59,697 nucleotides of DNA from a virus. Taxonomy: Duplodnaviria > Caudoviricetes. Each line of letters starts with the position of its first letter. Within the stretch, counting starts at the first letter, position 1. The notes beneath the pieces are model-generated. The model saw nothing but the letters and a program-made list of their open reading frames with translations. It had not been told where the DNA came from and searched no databases. The DNA lies in IMG/VR virus record IMGVR_UViG_3300030233_000116, positions 1 through 59,697 of that record. One strand, written 5' to 3'. This document shows, piece by piece, positions 46,983 to 55,830 of the stretch. A program made the position numbers and the translations under genes.

Positions 46983-47975
46983 ATGAAGATCACAGGGCTT
47001 TGGAAGCGAGGGAACGTCTACTGGTACCGAGTGATGCGCCATGGGGAACGAAGAGTCTTCAATCTTCGCACATCCGATCTCAGTGAAGCGATTCAAAAGG
47101 CGGCCGCCATCAAGAGTTCCGCCCAGGTCGAACCCGCCGATCTGGTTTCCCGGGAACTCTTCAAGGCCCTGCAGGTCAAGGTCGATCGCAAGGTGATCCG
47201 GGAAAAGACGCGCCGGAACATGGCGAGCGTGATCGATCAGTTCGTGGCGTTCGCCGGCCCGGTCTCGCTGGCGACGATCACTCAGGATTGCGCCAATCGG
47301 TTCCTGGCACACCTGCGAGAGAAAAACATGTCCGAGCACTCGGTGCAGGCTTACGCCAGGCAGCTTCGCTCGCTCTGGACGCTGATCGTTCACACCCGGC
47401 CGGAACTTTCGAATCCCTTTGCCGGCCTCTCCTTTCCCCGATTGCCGCGGAGCCCGCGCCGAGATTTTTGCACGGTCGAACAGCGGGACCGATTGATCGA
47501 TGCTGCCGATGGCGATCTTCGGCTGATCTTGATGCTTGGCTTTCTGGCCGGGCTTCGGCGCCGGGAGATTTCCGAGGCCCGCCCCGATTGGATCGATCTC
47601 GGGCAGAAGGTCATTCATGTTTCCCGCACAGCCACCTACGTTCCGAAGGACTCGGACGACCGAACGATTCCGTTGGCCGGCAGGTTGGTGGATCATTTTC
47701 GAGAGCATGGGGTTCGATCTCCGTTTCTGGTGGAGCCAGGGGTGAAGCACAGGAAGAGCGAGTATCGCTACAACTTTCGGATGCCGTTTGAAAAATTGGT
47801 TCGGGGGGAAGGGCTGGCCTGGGTCACACCACACACGATGCGCAGGACGTTCGCTTCATTGTTGGTCCAGCGGGGTGTGTCCATTTTCAAGGTGGCGCGA
47901 TGGTTGGGGGACGATGTTCGAGTGGTGCAAGAATCGTATGGTCACCTCATGGCCTATGATGAGGAGATTGGATGA
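46983..47975 (+). CDS. int: Tyrosine integrase
   Basis: AGLRRREI, PK, HTMRRTFAS, LGD..YGH; N-terminal arm-binding beta domain; adjacent to attP. Confidence 0.93.
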   Translation: MKITGLWKRGNVYWYRVMRHGERRVFNLRTSDLSEAIQKAAAIKSSAQVEPADLVSRELFKALQVKVDRKVIREKTRRNMASVIDQFVAFAGPVSLATITQDCANRFLAHLREKNMSEHSVQAYARQLRSLWTLIVHTRPELSNPFAGLSFPRLPRSPRRDFCTVEQRDRLIDAADGDLRLILMLGFLAGLRRREISEARPDWIDLGQKVIHVSRTATYVPKDSDDRTIPLAGRLVDHFREHGVRSPFLVEPGVKHRKSEYRYNFRMPFEKLVRGEGLAWVTPHTMRRTFASLLVQRGVSIFKVARWLGDDVRVVQESYGHLMAYDEEIG

Positions 47976-48184
47976 CTTCTCTCCGGCCACCCATCCAGTT
48001 TCACACGATCAATCGCAAGATCGAGATCCCGCACGTCGTATTCCATGCCCTTGGGTTTTCCGCCCAAAGGTTTCACCCAACTGTTTGCAGTGAGCCGGAG
48101 AAGATTATCTTTTCCGCCCACGTAATCAGCCGCGTCTGCAGCCGACAAGACCCGCACTGGCTTGATATTGATTTGCGCAATCAT
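47954..48184 (-). CDS. Excisionase-like HTH protein
   Basis: LSAADAADYVG...YDVRDLD; convergent with int. Confidence 0.7.
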   Translation of the reverse strand: MIAQINIKPVRVLSAADAADYVGGKDNLLRLTANSWVKPLGGKPKGMEYDVRDLDLAIDRVKLDGWPERSHPISSS

Positions 48185-48311
48185 CTGAGCCACCAAGCGC
48201 GATTAGGTTTCCGGGAAGGGCGGATCGACGTCCGAAGACCAGCGATAGCCATGTGAAGGAAAAAACCAATGGCGACCGCGGGGCCGATGCTCCAGGCTGG
48301 GATTTGGTCGA

Positions 48312-48776
48312 TCATAGCTTCTTGATTTCCACCTCGATCCGCGGTGCGCCGTTTTTCTCGTGCCAAACCTTATTGACTACAGATCGGGCAATTTGACTAT
48401 CATCACGCCAGAATCCGCACCGGCTCAGGGCGTCTTGTGAGCCCTTTGCAATATTATCCCAATCCGGCCGAGTCGTTGCCCATACCGTGCCGTCCGGATC
48501 GGATTTGCGCATCCTTGACTTCGGGCGGGGTAGAGCAAATGTGAGGGTCATCTCTAAAGCGCATTCCCATGGTGAGGGCGGGCGGAACTCGACAGCCAGC
48601 AAGGAAATAATGGACTGATACGACTCCTTCTTGGCGTCGTTGAAAAAGACAGGCTTGCCTCCGCGGATCATGACTCGTTTTCCAAACTGAGTCGACTTCG
48701 GGGCGATCGGGAGGATGAAGGCGATTCGGTCATCGGATTTCCATCCCTGGATCCCGTTTTCTGCGGTGTATTTCAT
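48312..48776 (-). CDS. rusA: RusA-family Holliday junction resolvase
   Basis: RPDWDNIAKGSQDAL...WRDDSQI. Confidence 0.9.
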   Translation of the reverse strand: MKYTAENGIQGWKSDDRIAFILPIAPKSTQFGKRVMIRGGKPVFFNDAKKESYQSIISLLAVEFRPPSPWECALEMTLTFALPRPKSRMRKSDPDGTVWATTRPDWDNIAKGSQDALSRCGFWRDDSQIARSVVNKVWHEKNGAPRIEVEIKKL

Positions 48777-48898
48777 GATGTTAAAAGGGCATGAGCAATA
48801 CCTTCGGCCTGCCGTGGCCTCGACCCGTGGCGCGCGCCCGTTGCTGGCGCTTTAGTCCGTTTTGCTGCACGGCGCTCATGATGTGATTTTCAAAAAGT

Positions 48899-49056
48899 TG
48901 AGGCGGGCCGGAGTCGAACCGGCTATCGTCAGTTTATCGATCGTGCGGCGATACTGGCGCGGGGACCTCTCGGCACTCCCCAGCTCTTAGGTGATCTCTC
49001 AAACAAGTGCATAGGCCTTCTCGCAAGCTGCGTGTCACCGTCCACGCCGCCGCCTC
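48899..49056 (-). ncRNA. tRNA-like RNA with greatly expanded central region
   Basis: Acceptor GAGGCGG/CCGCCTC-A, D-like GCGTG/CACGC, T-arm GCCGG-TTCGACT-CCGGC; ~105 nt replace the anticodon/variable arms. Confidence 0.7.
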
Positions 49057-49065
49057 AAATTCAGA

Positions 49066-49608
49066 TCAAAAAGGAATATTATCCTCCTCTTCGCCACCAT
49101 CCAGATTGGGATCCGCCGGACGCTCCCGGCGTTGTGGAGCGGTCTCACGTTTGCGCCCTCCGCTATCCCGAACCGCCTTGGCCAGTGCCTTACTCTTCCG
49201 CCCCATCGACCGAAGCAGCGTGTTCAGCTTCGCCTCTTCAAGCGCTTTTCCGCCACCGCCAGAAATCGGATTCAGCCATTTCACCCGATACCGGGTCTTG
49301 CCCTCCCACTCCTCCGACTCGACCACGATCCGGCAAAGCAGGTCCACGAACGGCACGTAACCCTGTGACATCTCTTCCAGATCGCCATCCCAATCAAAAG
49401 CCTCAGCCAAGGTTTCCACCGTCCGATCAAAGGCGGCCTCGGTGAGCCAACCTTGCCAGACAATTTCCCTCCCAGCCTGCGGACCTTCCTCGACGATCAG
49501 CGGCACCCGAATGAATGGCGTCCCCTTTTCCCCCGATTCGCCGAACCAGGTATTGCCCGGCGCTTTCACCCGGGCCACAAACGTTCCTGCAGCATCGACG
49601 TATTCCAT
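49066..49608 (-). CDS. Phage ssDNA-binding protein (DUF669-like)
   Basis: OB-like strands, acidic DNIPF C-terminus, downstream of Sak4. Confidence 0.8.
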   Translation of the reverse strand: MEYVDAAGTFVARVKAPGNTWFGESGEKGTPFIRVPLIVEEGPQAGREIVWQGWLTEAAFDRTVETLAEAFDWDGDLEEMSQGYVPFVDLLCRIVVESEEWEGKTRYRVKWLNPISGGGGKALEEAKLNTLLRSMGRKSKALAKAVRDSGGRKRETAPQRRERPADPNLDGGEEEDNIPF

Positions 49609-50444
49609 TAGAGATTGCCCTCCAGAATCATGATCTTGGTGCTTTCGGCGACCTTGGCGATCGCGTCACGGGCAGCGGCCTCGATAATTTCGTGTGGTCG
49701 CACGAGTTCATACCGGAAGCTCAGCTTGCCGCTGTGCAGCCGGAATTGAAGACGTGCCTCCACCTTGTAGGCAGGACCACCCAGGAATGGAGCGATGCCG
49801 ATGGTAAATTTCTCGGGAATCGTCAGCTCACCTTTCTTGCCGGCTTTCGCCTCGATGTTTTCAGCGTAACGAAATGACCGCTGGCCGTTGTCGAGCCGCA
49901 CCGCACTGCCGAATTCGGCTGTTGTCGTCGCCTCCATAGTCATCGCCAGTTCCAGCATATCGGCCGCGGTTGGAGTCTGAAATTCCGGAGCGTGCTCCTC
50001 GATGAACAAAGCAAACTCTTCCTGAGTCTGATTATGCCCATTGGAGGCAACCCATTTCGTCCATTCTGGCGTCTGCGGGAAATTGTAGCGAGCGCCAAAC
50101 TGACAGCGACCGATCGCGCCGATTCCGTTTTGCGTCCCGTGCCAATCCAGCAGCCCGAGGAGGCTTGCGGCATGCAGTCCGATCGATGCAAAAATGATCT
50201 TTCGGTTGTGCTGCAAAGGAGGCTTCATTGAGTTCATGTAATCGATGAAGGATGCAATGGTGTTGCAGGTCACGACCTGCTTCATTGTCGCCGGGTAATC
50301 GTCGAATTCGGCGAGCGATTGCAGCCGGTAACCTTCGGGAATTTTGACGAAGGCCGTTCGTCCATCCGAATGAATGGGCTCTCCGGCGGCCTCAAGGATG
50401 TCGCGCAGAGCGATAGTTTCAGAGATTTCTTGCATGGTATTCAC
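49608..50444 (-). CDS. DUF2303 (YfdQ-like) protein
   Basis: SFIDY, WH, EWTKW, QEEFALFIEE, IPEKFTIGIAPF. Confidence 0.85.
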   Translation of the reverse strand: MNTMQEISETIALRDILEAAGEPIHSDGRTAFVKIPEGYRLQSLAEFDDYPATMKQVVTCNTIASFIDYMNSMKPPLQHNRKIIFASIGLHAASLLGLLDWHGTQNGIGAIGRCQFGARYNFPQTPEWTKWVASNGHNQTQEEFALFIEEHAPEFQTPTAADMLELAMTMEATTTAEFGSAVRLDNGQRSFRYAENIEAKAGKKGELTIPEKFTIGIAPFLGGPAYKVEARLQFRLHSGKLSFRYELVRPHEIIEAAARDAIAKVAESTKIMILEGNL

Positions 50445-50461
50445 GTAGCGTGGTGGTGGCT

Positions 50462-50800
50462 TTATTGTTGCGCGGCTTCCCGCAGGGGTTGAGTGGGTTT
50501 CTCGACCTCACGGAGATCGAGCATTTTCTGATTGGGATCATCACGCTGCAGAAGATTTTCTTCCGTGGTGAAAAGCATGGTGCCCGGTTTGATGCCTTCC
50601 GGCACCTTGGCTTTGATCAAGTCGGATACAACCACTTGGTCGCTGTTGCCGTCGATCGGTTTGACCGTCAGCTTGATGGTGAGTTCGCCGGCTTTATTAT
50701 GCTCGCGCACGGCAGCGACCAGCTTAGCAAGCTCTTCGCTCGCATCGATCAGAGCGTTACCTTTCCGCAGTTCGCGGAATGTGATTTCAAAGGAGTTCAT
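50462..50800 (-). CDS. YfdP-like partner of DUF2303
   Basis: AVREHNKAGELTIKLTVKP...LQRDDPNQ. Confidence 0.75.
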   Translation of the reverse strand: MNSFEITFRELRKGNALIDASEELAKLVAAVREHNKAGELTIKLTVKPIDGNSDQVVVSDLIKAKVPEGIKPGTMLFTTEENLLQRDDPNQKMLDLREVEKPTQPLREAAQQ

Positions 50801-50801
50801 T

Positions 50802-50999
50802 TTACCAAATCCCGTCGGGATGTTCTTGTTTCAATGCGTTGATATTTTCGCGGATATAAGCCGCCACGGGGCAACTCTTGTCCGACTGCTTACCATTACT
50901 CCACAACCAGTGCAGATAGCTTGCAGGCACATCCTGCATGGGCTCTCCCTTGTGCTTCCCAAACGGCATGGGACATAGGTCGCTCAATGGCTCAGGCAT
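50802..50999 (-). CDS. DUF3820-like small protein
   Basis: MPFGKHKG...VPASYLHWL. Confidence 0.8.
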   Translation of the reverse strand: MPEPLSDLCPMPFGKHKGEPMQDVPASYLHWLWSNGKQSDKSCPVAAYIRENINALKQEHPDGIW

Positions 51000-51403
51000 T
51001 ACTTTGTATGGGTGCCTTCCACCCCGCGAGCCATGCGCTTCAGCGTGCGAAACTGAAGCCAGTGTTGAGCTTCTTTCACAGCCTTTAATGCCCGCCCGTT
51101 TTCCTCGCAGGCAAAAGGGCCGGCTTGAAAACATTCGAGACGATCCTGGACAATGGCGAGCAGGACCTCCTGAGTGAGTCCATTCACCCCCGCTTCAGGG
51201 ATTGGGCCATTCTGGAAATGAATGGTAATGGCCGTGTCGTCAGGGTTGTCGATGGGGTCGCGTGATGGGTTGTCGGGCAAAAAATACCCGGTGACCCGAT
51301 AGCAGTGTGATGCGCCGCCAGCACCAGGATTATCGCGGACTTCGATGTTCAGCCGGTCGTTCGGCGGGTTGACTTTATGAGTGTGGATTTCTCGAGCAAT
51401 CAT
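50999..51403 (-). CDS. tad1: Tad1-family anti-defence nucleotide sponge
   Basis: GAGGASHCY, IHFQNGP, DRLECFQAGPFACEEN, W..RT..R..RGVEGT match the Tad1 signature as I recall it. Confidence 0.8.
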   Translation of the reverse strand: MIAREIHTHKVNPPNDRLNIEVRDNPGAGGASHCYRVTGYFLPDNPSRDPIDNPDDTAITIHFQNGPIPEAGVNGLTQEVLLAIVQDRLECFQAGPFACEENGRALKAVKEAQHWLQFRTLKRMARGVEGTHTK

Positions 51404-52299
51404 TTCTGCAGTTTCTCCAGTTTGTTTATTCCGGCACGCACACGGTGCGCCGGGAGTTTTTCGATGTCGACAGCTTCCCACTTCGCGCGGGCTTCGTCGG
51501 TGAGCTTCGCGGTTTTCAATAGAGCCGCGAACCGTTTGCGGATTTCAGCCGGTCGGTTGCGATCGACTTCATCCGCAAAAATCTTGTATCCGTCTTCTTC
51601 CGGCATCTCTAATTCAGGTGGCAGAGACAGGCGATTTTTTGCATCCCATCCTGGACTCCATTCGGTTTTAATGACCCGCCCGCCATCAACTGCCTTCTTC
51701 TTCCCACTGTCTTTATCTTTGACTTTCAGAACATCGTAGACGGCGAAAAGACAGGCATCGGGCCACTCACGCAGCATCCCAGTGAAGTGTTTTTGGCCCT
51801 TCATTTGATACCGATCCCATGTTTCCCCAGACGGATCGTTGAAGGGTTTGATCTCGACATGAGATGTGATGATGATGCCCATCGAATGCTTTTCGCGCAG
51901 CCGATCGAGTTGCACTAAAAGCGTTTTGAGTTCGATCGGGGCAATCGTTTGAAACCCCTTACCATACCCATACTCCTCGATGTTAGTTTTGCCGTCACGC
52001 GCGCAAACAAAGTCATGGATCAATCGCTCCAACCAATCAGCAGTATCAATGACGAGCGTGTCATAAATGGACTTTTCTTCAGCAATCAATTCCTCGAGCA
52101 GAGCAAGCACGTCTCGGAACGTGTCCGGCTCCAGATGCGGAATTCCATCCAGCCCGGTCAGGCCGTTTTCCGCGCAGATGAATAGCGGATTGGGCGCATT
52201 CGCGGCCCACGTGGTTTTTCCGATCCCTTCCGGGCCGGCAAGAACAATTCGCGGGGGAAGGACCGCGACAGTAGGTTTAATTCGTTGCAAAACAGACAT
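51400..52299 (-). CDS. Sak4-like AAA_24 ATPase recombinase
   Basis: GPEGIGKTT, VIDTADWLE, GYGKG, SH, AKNR. Confidence 0.9.
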   Translation of the reverse strand: MSVLQRIKPTVAVLPPRIVLAGPEGIGKTTWAANAPNPLFICAENGLTGLDGIPHLEPDTFRDVLALLEELIAEEKSIYDTLVIDTADWLERLIHDFVCARDGKTNIEEYGYGKGFQTIAPIELKTLLVQLDRLREKHSMGIIITSHVEIKPFNDPSGETWDRYQMKGQKHFTGMLREWPDACLFAVYDVLKVKDKDSGKKKAVDGGRVIKTEWSPGWDAKNRLSLPPELEMPEEDGYKIFADEVDRNRPAEIRKRFAALLKTAKLTDEARAKWEAVDIEKLPAHRVRAGINKLEKLQK

Positions 52300-52375
52300 G
52301 ATGTAATATGTTTTGCGCGTCATCTCTCTCATCATGGCCCGGTAGCTGACGCGCAGTTGGCTTCCGGGCCAATTT

Positions 52376-53524
52376 TTAGAATAATCCGAGGGCTGGATCT
52401 GGATCGGGAGATGGACGGGGATTGGAGCCGCCTAAATGGCTGGCTTTCTCAGCCACGGCTGTTTCTCTCCACAGACTTCGAAGATACGTCTCGACGCACT
52501 CGTGGAACAAAGATCCGACGCGCAGCGGCTCGCCCTTATCTTCCGTGCTCTCGACGCAATCCTCGTATCGGAGCGCATGGAGCCGAGCACATTTCCGCAG
52601 AGCGCCAAGCCGCGAGTTGGTGAGCAACTGCATCCCGGCCACTTCCTGCGCGCCGTCGATCTCGGAATGACGTTTTTCCTTCGCCCGATACCGGACGCCA
52701 TCGACCGACGCCCGTCCGGTACACAGTTCGAAAAACTCACACGAGCCGAAGGCATGGCATGCCGATGGATTCCGAGGCCAGAGAGCCTGTCGCCGCCAAT
52801 AAAGAATCTGTTGGCTTTGCGCCCAGGCGTCCTGCATGTATTCGAGCAGATCGGTGTCGAGCCGGGGCACTTCCTTGATGGCGAAATAACCACTCAAGTT
52901 TTCCATCAGTTTTTCGTGTAGCCGCTCTCCATGCTCTTCCGGTGTCTCCATACGAGTTTGCAGGACGTAGCCTCGTTCCGCATCGGCCGATTGCCGCCAA
53001 TCCTTCTTTCCGGTCGTGTTGCGAACGCGATTCCCGCTCTGGTCGAGCACGATTTTCTTGCCTCGCTCATCAAGCAGGGGAATCTGCGCGACCCGGATTG
53101 CTGGCTTTTTCGCGACGTCGTAAACGACCGTGTCGACCTGCATCCCCATATTCATGAGCGCGAGAATGTATTTTGAAATCTGCGTGTCCATCTGAAGCCG
53201 TTGCCAGTAGATGGAGCCCGGCTCGATGTCTTCCGAGCTGGTTTTGTGCTCCATCACCTTGATCCGCCCGGTTGCCTTCTCCCGCAAAACCGCATCGATC
53301 TTGCCGGCTTCCACGAAAGACTTGCTGGCCGCTTTGGTTTCCGGATTGAGCAGCGGAAAGGAAAACTCTCGCTCGACATCGATCACATCATGTTGAGCGA
53401 GCACCGGCTCGATCTTGACGCACCACGCACGGAAAAGGGCTTCCGCCTTTGCGGCATCGTAGTCTTCGCCCGAAGGGGCGGACCGACGCGACCGCATCAC
53501 CTGGATGGATTGCTCGGGGGTCAT
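52376..53524 (-). CDS. Cas4-like/AddB-type PD-(D/E)XK exonuclease, apparently circularly permuted
   Basis: VEREF, GKIDA, EHKT, Q..Y, C-x5-C-x5-C, then TNSRL..CAR..Y..G..FH..E at the C-terminus. Confidence 0.85.
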   Translation of the reverse strand: MTPEQSIQVMRSRRSAPSGEDYDAAKAEALFRAWCVKIEPVLAQHDVIDVEREFSFPLLNPETKAASKSFVEAGKIDAVLREKATGRIKVMEHKTSSEDIEPGSIYWQRLQMDTQISKYILALMNMGMQVDTVVYDVAKKPAIRVAQIPLLDERGKKIVLDQSGNRVRNTTGKKDWRQSADAERGYVLQTRMETPEEHGERLHEKLMENLSGYFAIKEVPRLDTDLLEYMQDAWAQSQQILYWRRQALWPRNPSACHAFGSCEFFELCTGRASVDGVRYRAKEKRHSEIDGAQEVAGMQLLTNSRLGALRKCARLHALRYEDCVESTEDKGEPLRVGSLFHECVETYLRSLWRETAVAEKASHLGGSNPRPSPDPDPALGLF

Positions 53525-53709
53525 TTCAGCTCCCTTTCGTAAAGATGGGCAGTGCCCCTCTTGAGGCTGATCTCCTTGACCAACAGGCGCTGAATCATCT
53601 CGCTCAGAGACATCCCGCGCTCCTTTGCGACGCGCATTGCCTCCAATTTCACTTTGGTTGAGAGATAGATGGTCGCCGGGCCACCGTCTCGTAAAGTCTT
53701 CTCGCTCAT
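53521..53709 (-). CDS. Ribbon-helix-helix regulator (Cro-like position)
   Basis: ATIYLS..VK..A...AKERGMSLSEMIQRLL. Confidence 0.75.
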   Translation of the reverse strand: MSEKTLRDGGPATIYLSTKVKLEAMRVAKERGMSLSEMIQRLLVKEISLKRGTAHLYERELK

Positions 53710-53795
53710 GCTTGGACGTATATTTATGCGCATATTTGGGCGTATCAATAAGAAAGTTGATGATGCGCCCCGTTATACGTATAGATAAAAGAGAA
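53710..53795. promoter_or_regulatory. Divergent switch region
   Basis: AT-rich, repeated CG(T/C)AT boxes and the palindrome TATACGTATA; TTGATG-17-TATAGA on plus, TTGATA on minus. Confidence 0.55.
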
Positions 53796-53996
53796 ATGGG
53801 GCGGGAAAAAACAAACATTACTCTTCATCCGGTAGTGAAATCGGGAGCTATTGAGCTTGCGAAATCGCAGGGCCGCAGTCTGTCGGAGTTGATCGAGCGC
53901 TTGCTTGAGGACGAAATCCGAGAATCTGAACCAAGGGTTGCGGAACCCGCACCGAGTTACGATGCGGCAAAGCCAAATCGGAAGAAAGATAAGTAG
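53796..53996 (+). CDS. Ribbon-helix-helix regulator (repressor position, DUF6364-like)
   Basis: KTNITL..V...A..LAKSQGRSLSELIERLL. Confidence 0.75.
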   Translation: MGREKTNITLHPVVKSGAIELAKSQGRSLSELIERLLEDEIRESEPRVAEPAPSYDAAKPNRKKDK

Positions 53997-54100
53997 TGGT
54001 TTCATCGCCAAAAATCATGCAATGCGTTCGCCTGATCGTAAACCGTGCGCAGAGGTGCCCAAAGGTGCAGGCTGCGCAGCCCCCCTTGTGAATAAGAATT

Positions 54101-54460
54101 ATGCCCAGAGTATATGCCACCATGTCGGAGCCTCTGTTTGAGGCTTTCCGCCTCCTTCGTCGGGATCTCCACTACCGGACTGATTCCGAAATGATCTGCG
54201 GGTTCACCCGCTACCAGGGAATAAGCCAGCAGCCCCACAAGCTGACTGAAGATTGGGCCAATATGACCGGGTATGAGCGTGATCAGCTCGATGCCGGCAT
54301 CCTGGAATTGGTTCAGACCAAGGCCGCAACCAAAGGTTCGTGGTTAAAAGCACTGATCTACGAGTGTATTATGGAAGTGAATGGGGAAGGAGCAAAATCA
54401 CCACGAGTCAACGAGGTGATGGACATGCTTCCCAAAAAAATCTCGGAGAAACTAAAATGA
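54101..54460 (+). CDS. Hypothetical protein, RHH-like N-terminus
   Basis: MPRVYATMSEPLFEAF...TDSEMI. Confidence 0.5.
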   Translation: MPRVYATMSEPLFEAFRLLRRDLHYRTDSEMICGFTRYQGISQQPHKLTEDWANMTGYERDQLDAGILELVQTKAATKGSWLKALIYECIMEVNGEGAKSPRVNEVMDMLPKKISEKLK

Positions 54461-54720
54461 AATATCTGGCGATTACATGTTTTGCCATTCTGCATGTTTA
54501 TTCCACTATGCTGGCATGGCTTGCCAATAGCGAATCGGGATTACTTACTCAGATTCTTGTTACCTTTTTCACCTTCACCCTGCCGTTTATCGCTGAAGTC
54601 TTCTGGTTTGTTTATGCGATGGCGTCAGGCATTTGGCTTTACGTGGGGTTCGCTTGTGTGACCGGTCTTTTTGTCATGTTTTCCGGTCTCTCTATTGGAG
54701 AGAAAGCCGCCAAACCATGA
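54457..54720 (+). CDS. Small membrane protein (~3 TM), superinfection-exclusion candidate
   Basis: Hydrophobic 87 aa, low GC, in the lysogenic-direction operon. Confidence 0.6.
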   Translation: MKYLAITCFAILHVYSTMLAWLANSESGLLTQILVTFFTFTLPFIAEVFWFVYAMASGIWLYVGFACVTGLFVMFSGLSIGEKAAKP

Positions 54721-55157
54721 CCCCCTCACCCCTCAGCCTCAGGCTAAAAGAAGAGCGCATGAAGCGCGGTCTCACGTTCGAGGCCGTGGCCGATCGAGCG
54801 AGGGAATCCGGATTTCCGCAAATCGTGAAAGCCGTGCCGTGGAATGTCGAGCATGGCAAACGATTTCCCGAGCCTGCATCCCTGCGCGCATTGCTGGCCG
54901 GTATCGGCATCCCGCCGAACTCTCGCGATTATCGCGAAATCCTGGATCTCTACGTGCGCGAGATCGTTCGTGACGCTCTGCCGGTGAAACCCTTGCCGGA
55001 CGACCTCGAGGATTACGTTCACAGCCCATCGCAACAGCAGTTGATCCAGAAGATCGTGGAACTCGAGCCGGACCAACAACAGGAGATCCTGTTGGCAATC
55101 CAACGCCCGGAGGTGCTGGACGCCTTAGCGACCCTCAACAGGCTTTACGAAGCCTGA
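54717..55157 (+). CDS. XRE-family HTH protein
   Basis: LRLKEERMKRGLTFEAVA...VEHGKRFP. Confidence 0.75.
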   Translation: MTPSPLSLRLKEERMKRGLTFEAVADRARESGFPQIVKAVPWNVEHGKRFPEPASLRALLAGIGIPPNSRDYREILDLYVREIVRDALPVKPLPDDLEDYVHSPSQQQLIQKIVELEPDQQQEILLAIQRPEVLDALATLNRLYEA

Positions 55158-55158
55158 A

Positions 55159-55830
55159 CTACAAATCGGCGAACTGCCAATGCATCCAGTCGTAGTCGCG
55201 TGCGCGCCCCAGGCTGGTGGCTCCGTAGCTTTCGATGATGCGCCACATCGGCAGATACTCGGGCCGTGCGAAACGGGCCGTGCGGTGAGTCTCATGCAGT
55301 CGGTTGCGGTCGCCATCGAGATCGACCGCGATGCCCCAGGCATGCATTGACCATGAGGAGCCGCCGCGCATTTTGCGGACGTTGAGGCAGCCGGAAAACT
55401 CGTTGATCCCAAGTTCAACGATTCGATCCTCCCCGTATTCGCTCAGGATCTCACCAAAGATTTTTTCGAGCGTTGCCGCAACCTTTTCGTGGCAGGTAAA
55501 CCATGACAGCCGCTTGGATTTATCCCAGTCGAGGACCAATTCGAACGGCATGTTGCAGCGCCCTTGGTTGCTACCTACGGCGCCATATACCTTGACCAAC
55601 TCATCGTATTTCTGTGCGGGCCAGTCTGGAACCGTAAACCCCGGCAACGGTTGCTCGATCGTGTCGGCAGGCCGCACTGATGGATCATCGAGAGGCAAAG
55701 CTTTTACCCACGCAGTCAGAGCAGCAGAAGTTAGAGGGCCGATGTCCCCGTCGATTTTGCCATGGTAAAGGCCAGCATCACGCAGGCGACGCTGCAGTTC
55801 ATATCGGTCGTCAGGTAGAGATTCAGTCAT
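55159..55830 (-). CDS. Endolysin: PG-binding + M15 peptidase
   Basis: LQRRL..AG..GKIDGDIGPLT; R..RGG...SMHAWGIAVD; DWMHWQ. Confidence 0.9.
   Translation of the reverse strand: MTESLPDDRYELQRRLRDAGLYHGKIDGDIGPLTSAALTAWVKALPLDDPSVRPADTIEQPLPGFTVPDWPAQKYDELVKVYGAVGSNQGRCNMPFELVLDWDKSKRLSWFTCHEKVAATLEKIFGEILSEYGEDRIVELGINEFSGCLNVRKMRGGSSWSMHAWGIAVDLDGDRNRLHETHRTARFARPEYLPMWRIIESYGATSLGRARDYDWMHWQFADL

Noticed and set aside
46812-47834. 340-aa minus-strand ORF
   Set aside because: Antisense to the integrase and runs through attP
48899-49056. tmRNA or intron-containing tRNA
   Set aside because: Too short, has a D-stem, no G3-U70 pair or tag ORF; the insert is too small for a group I intron
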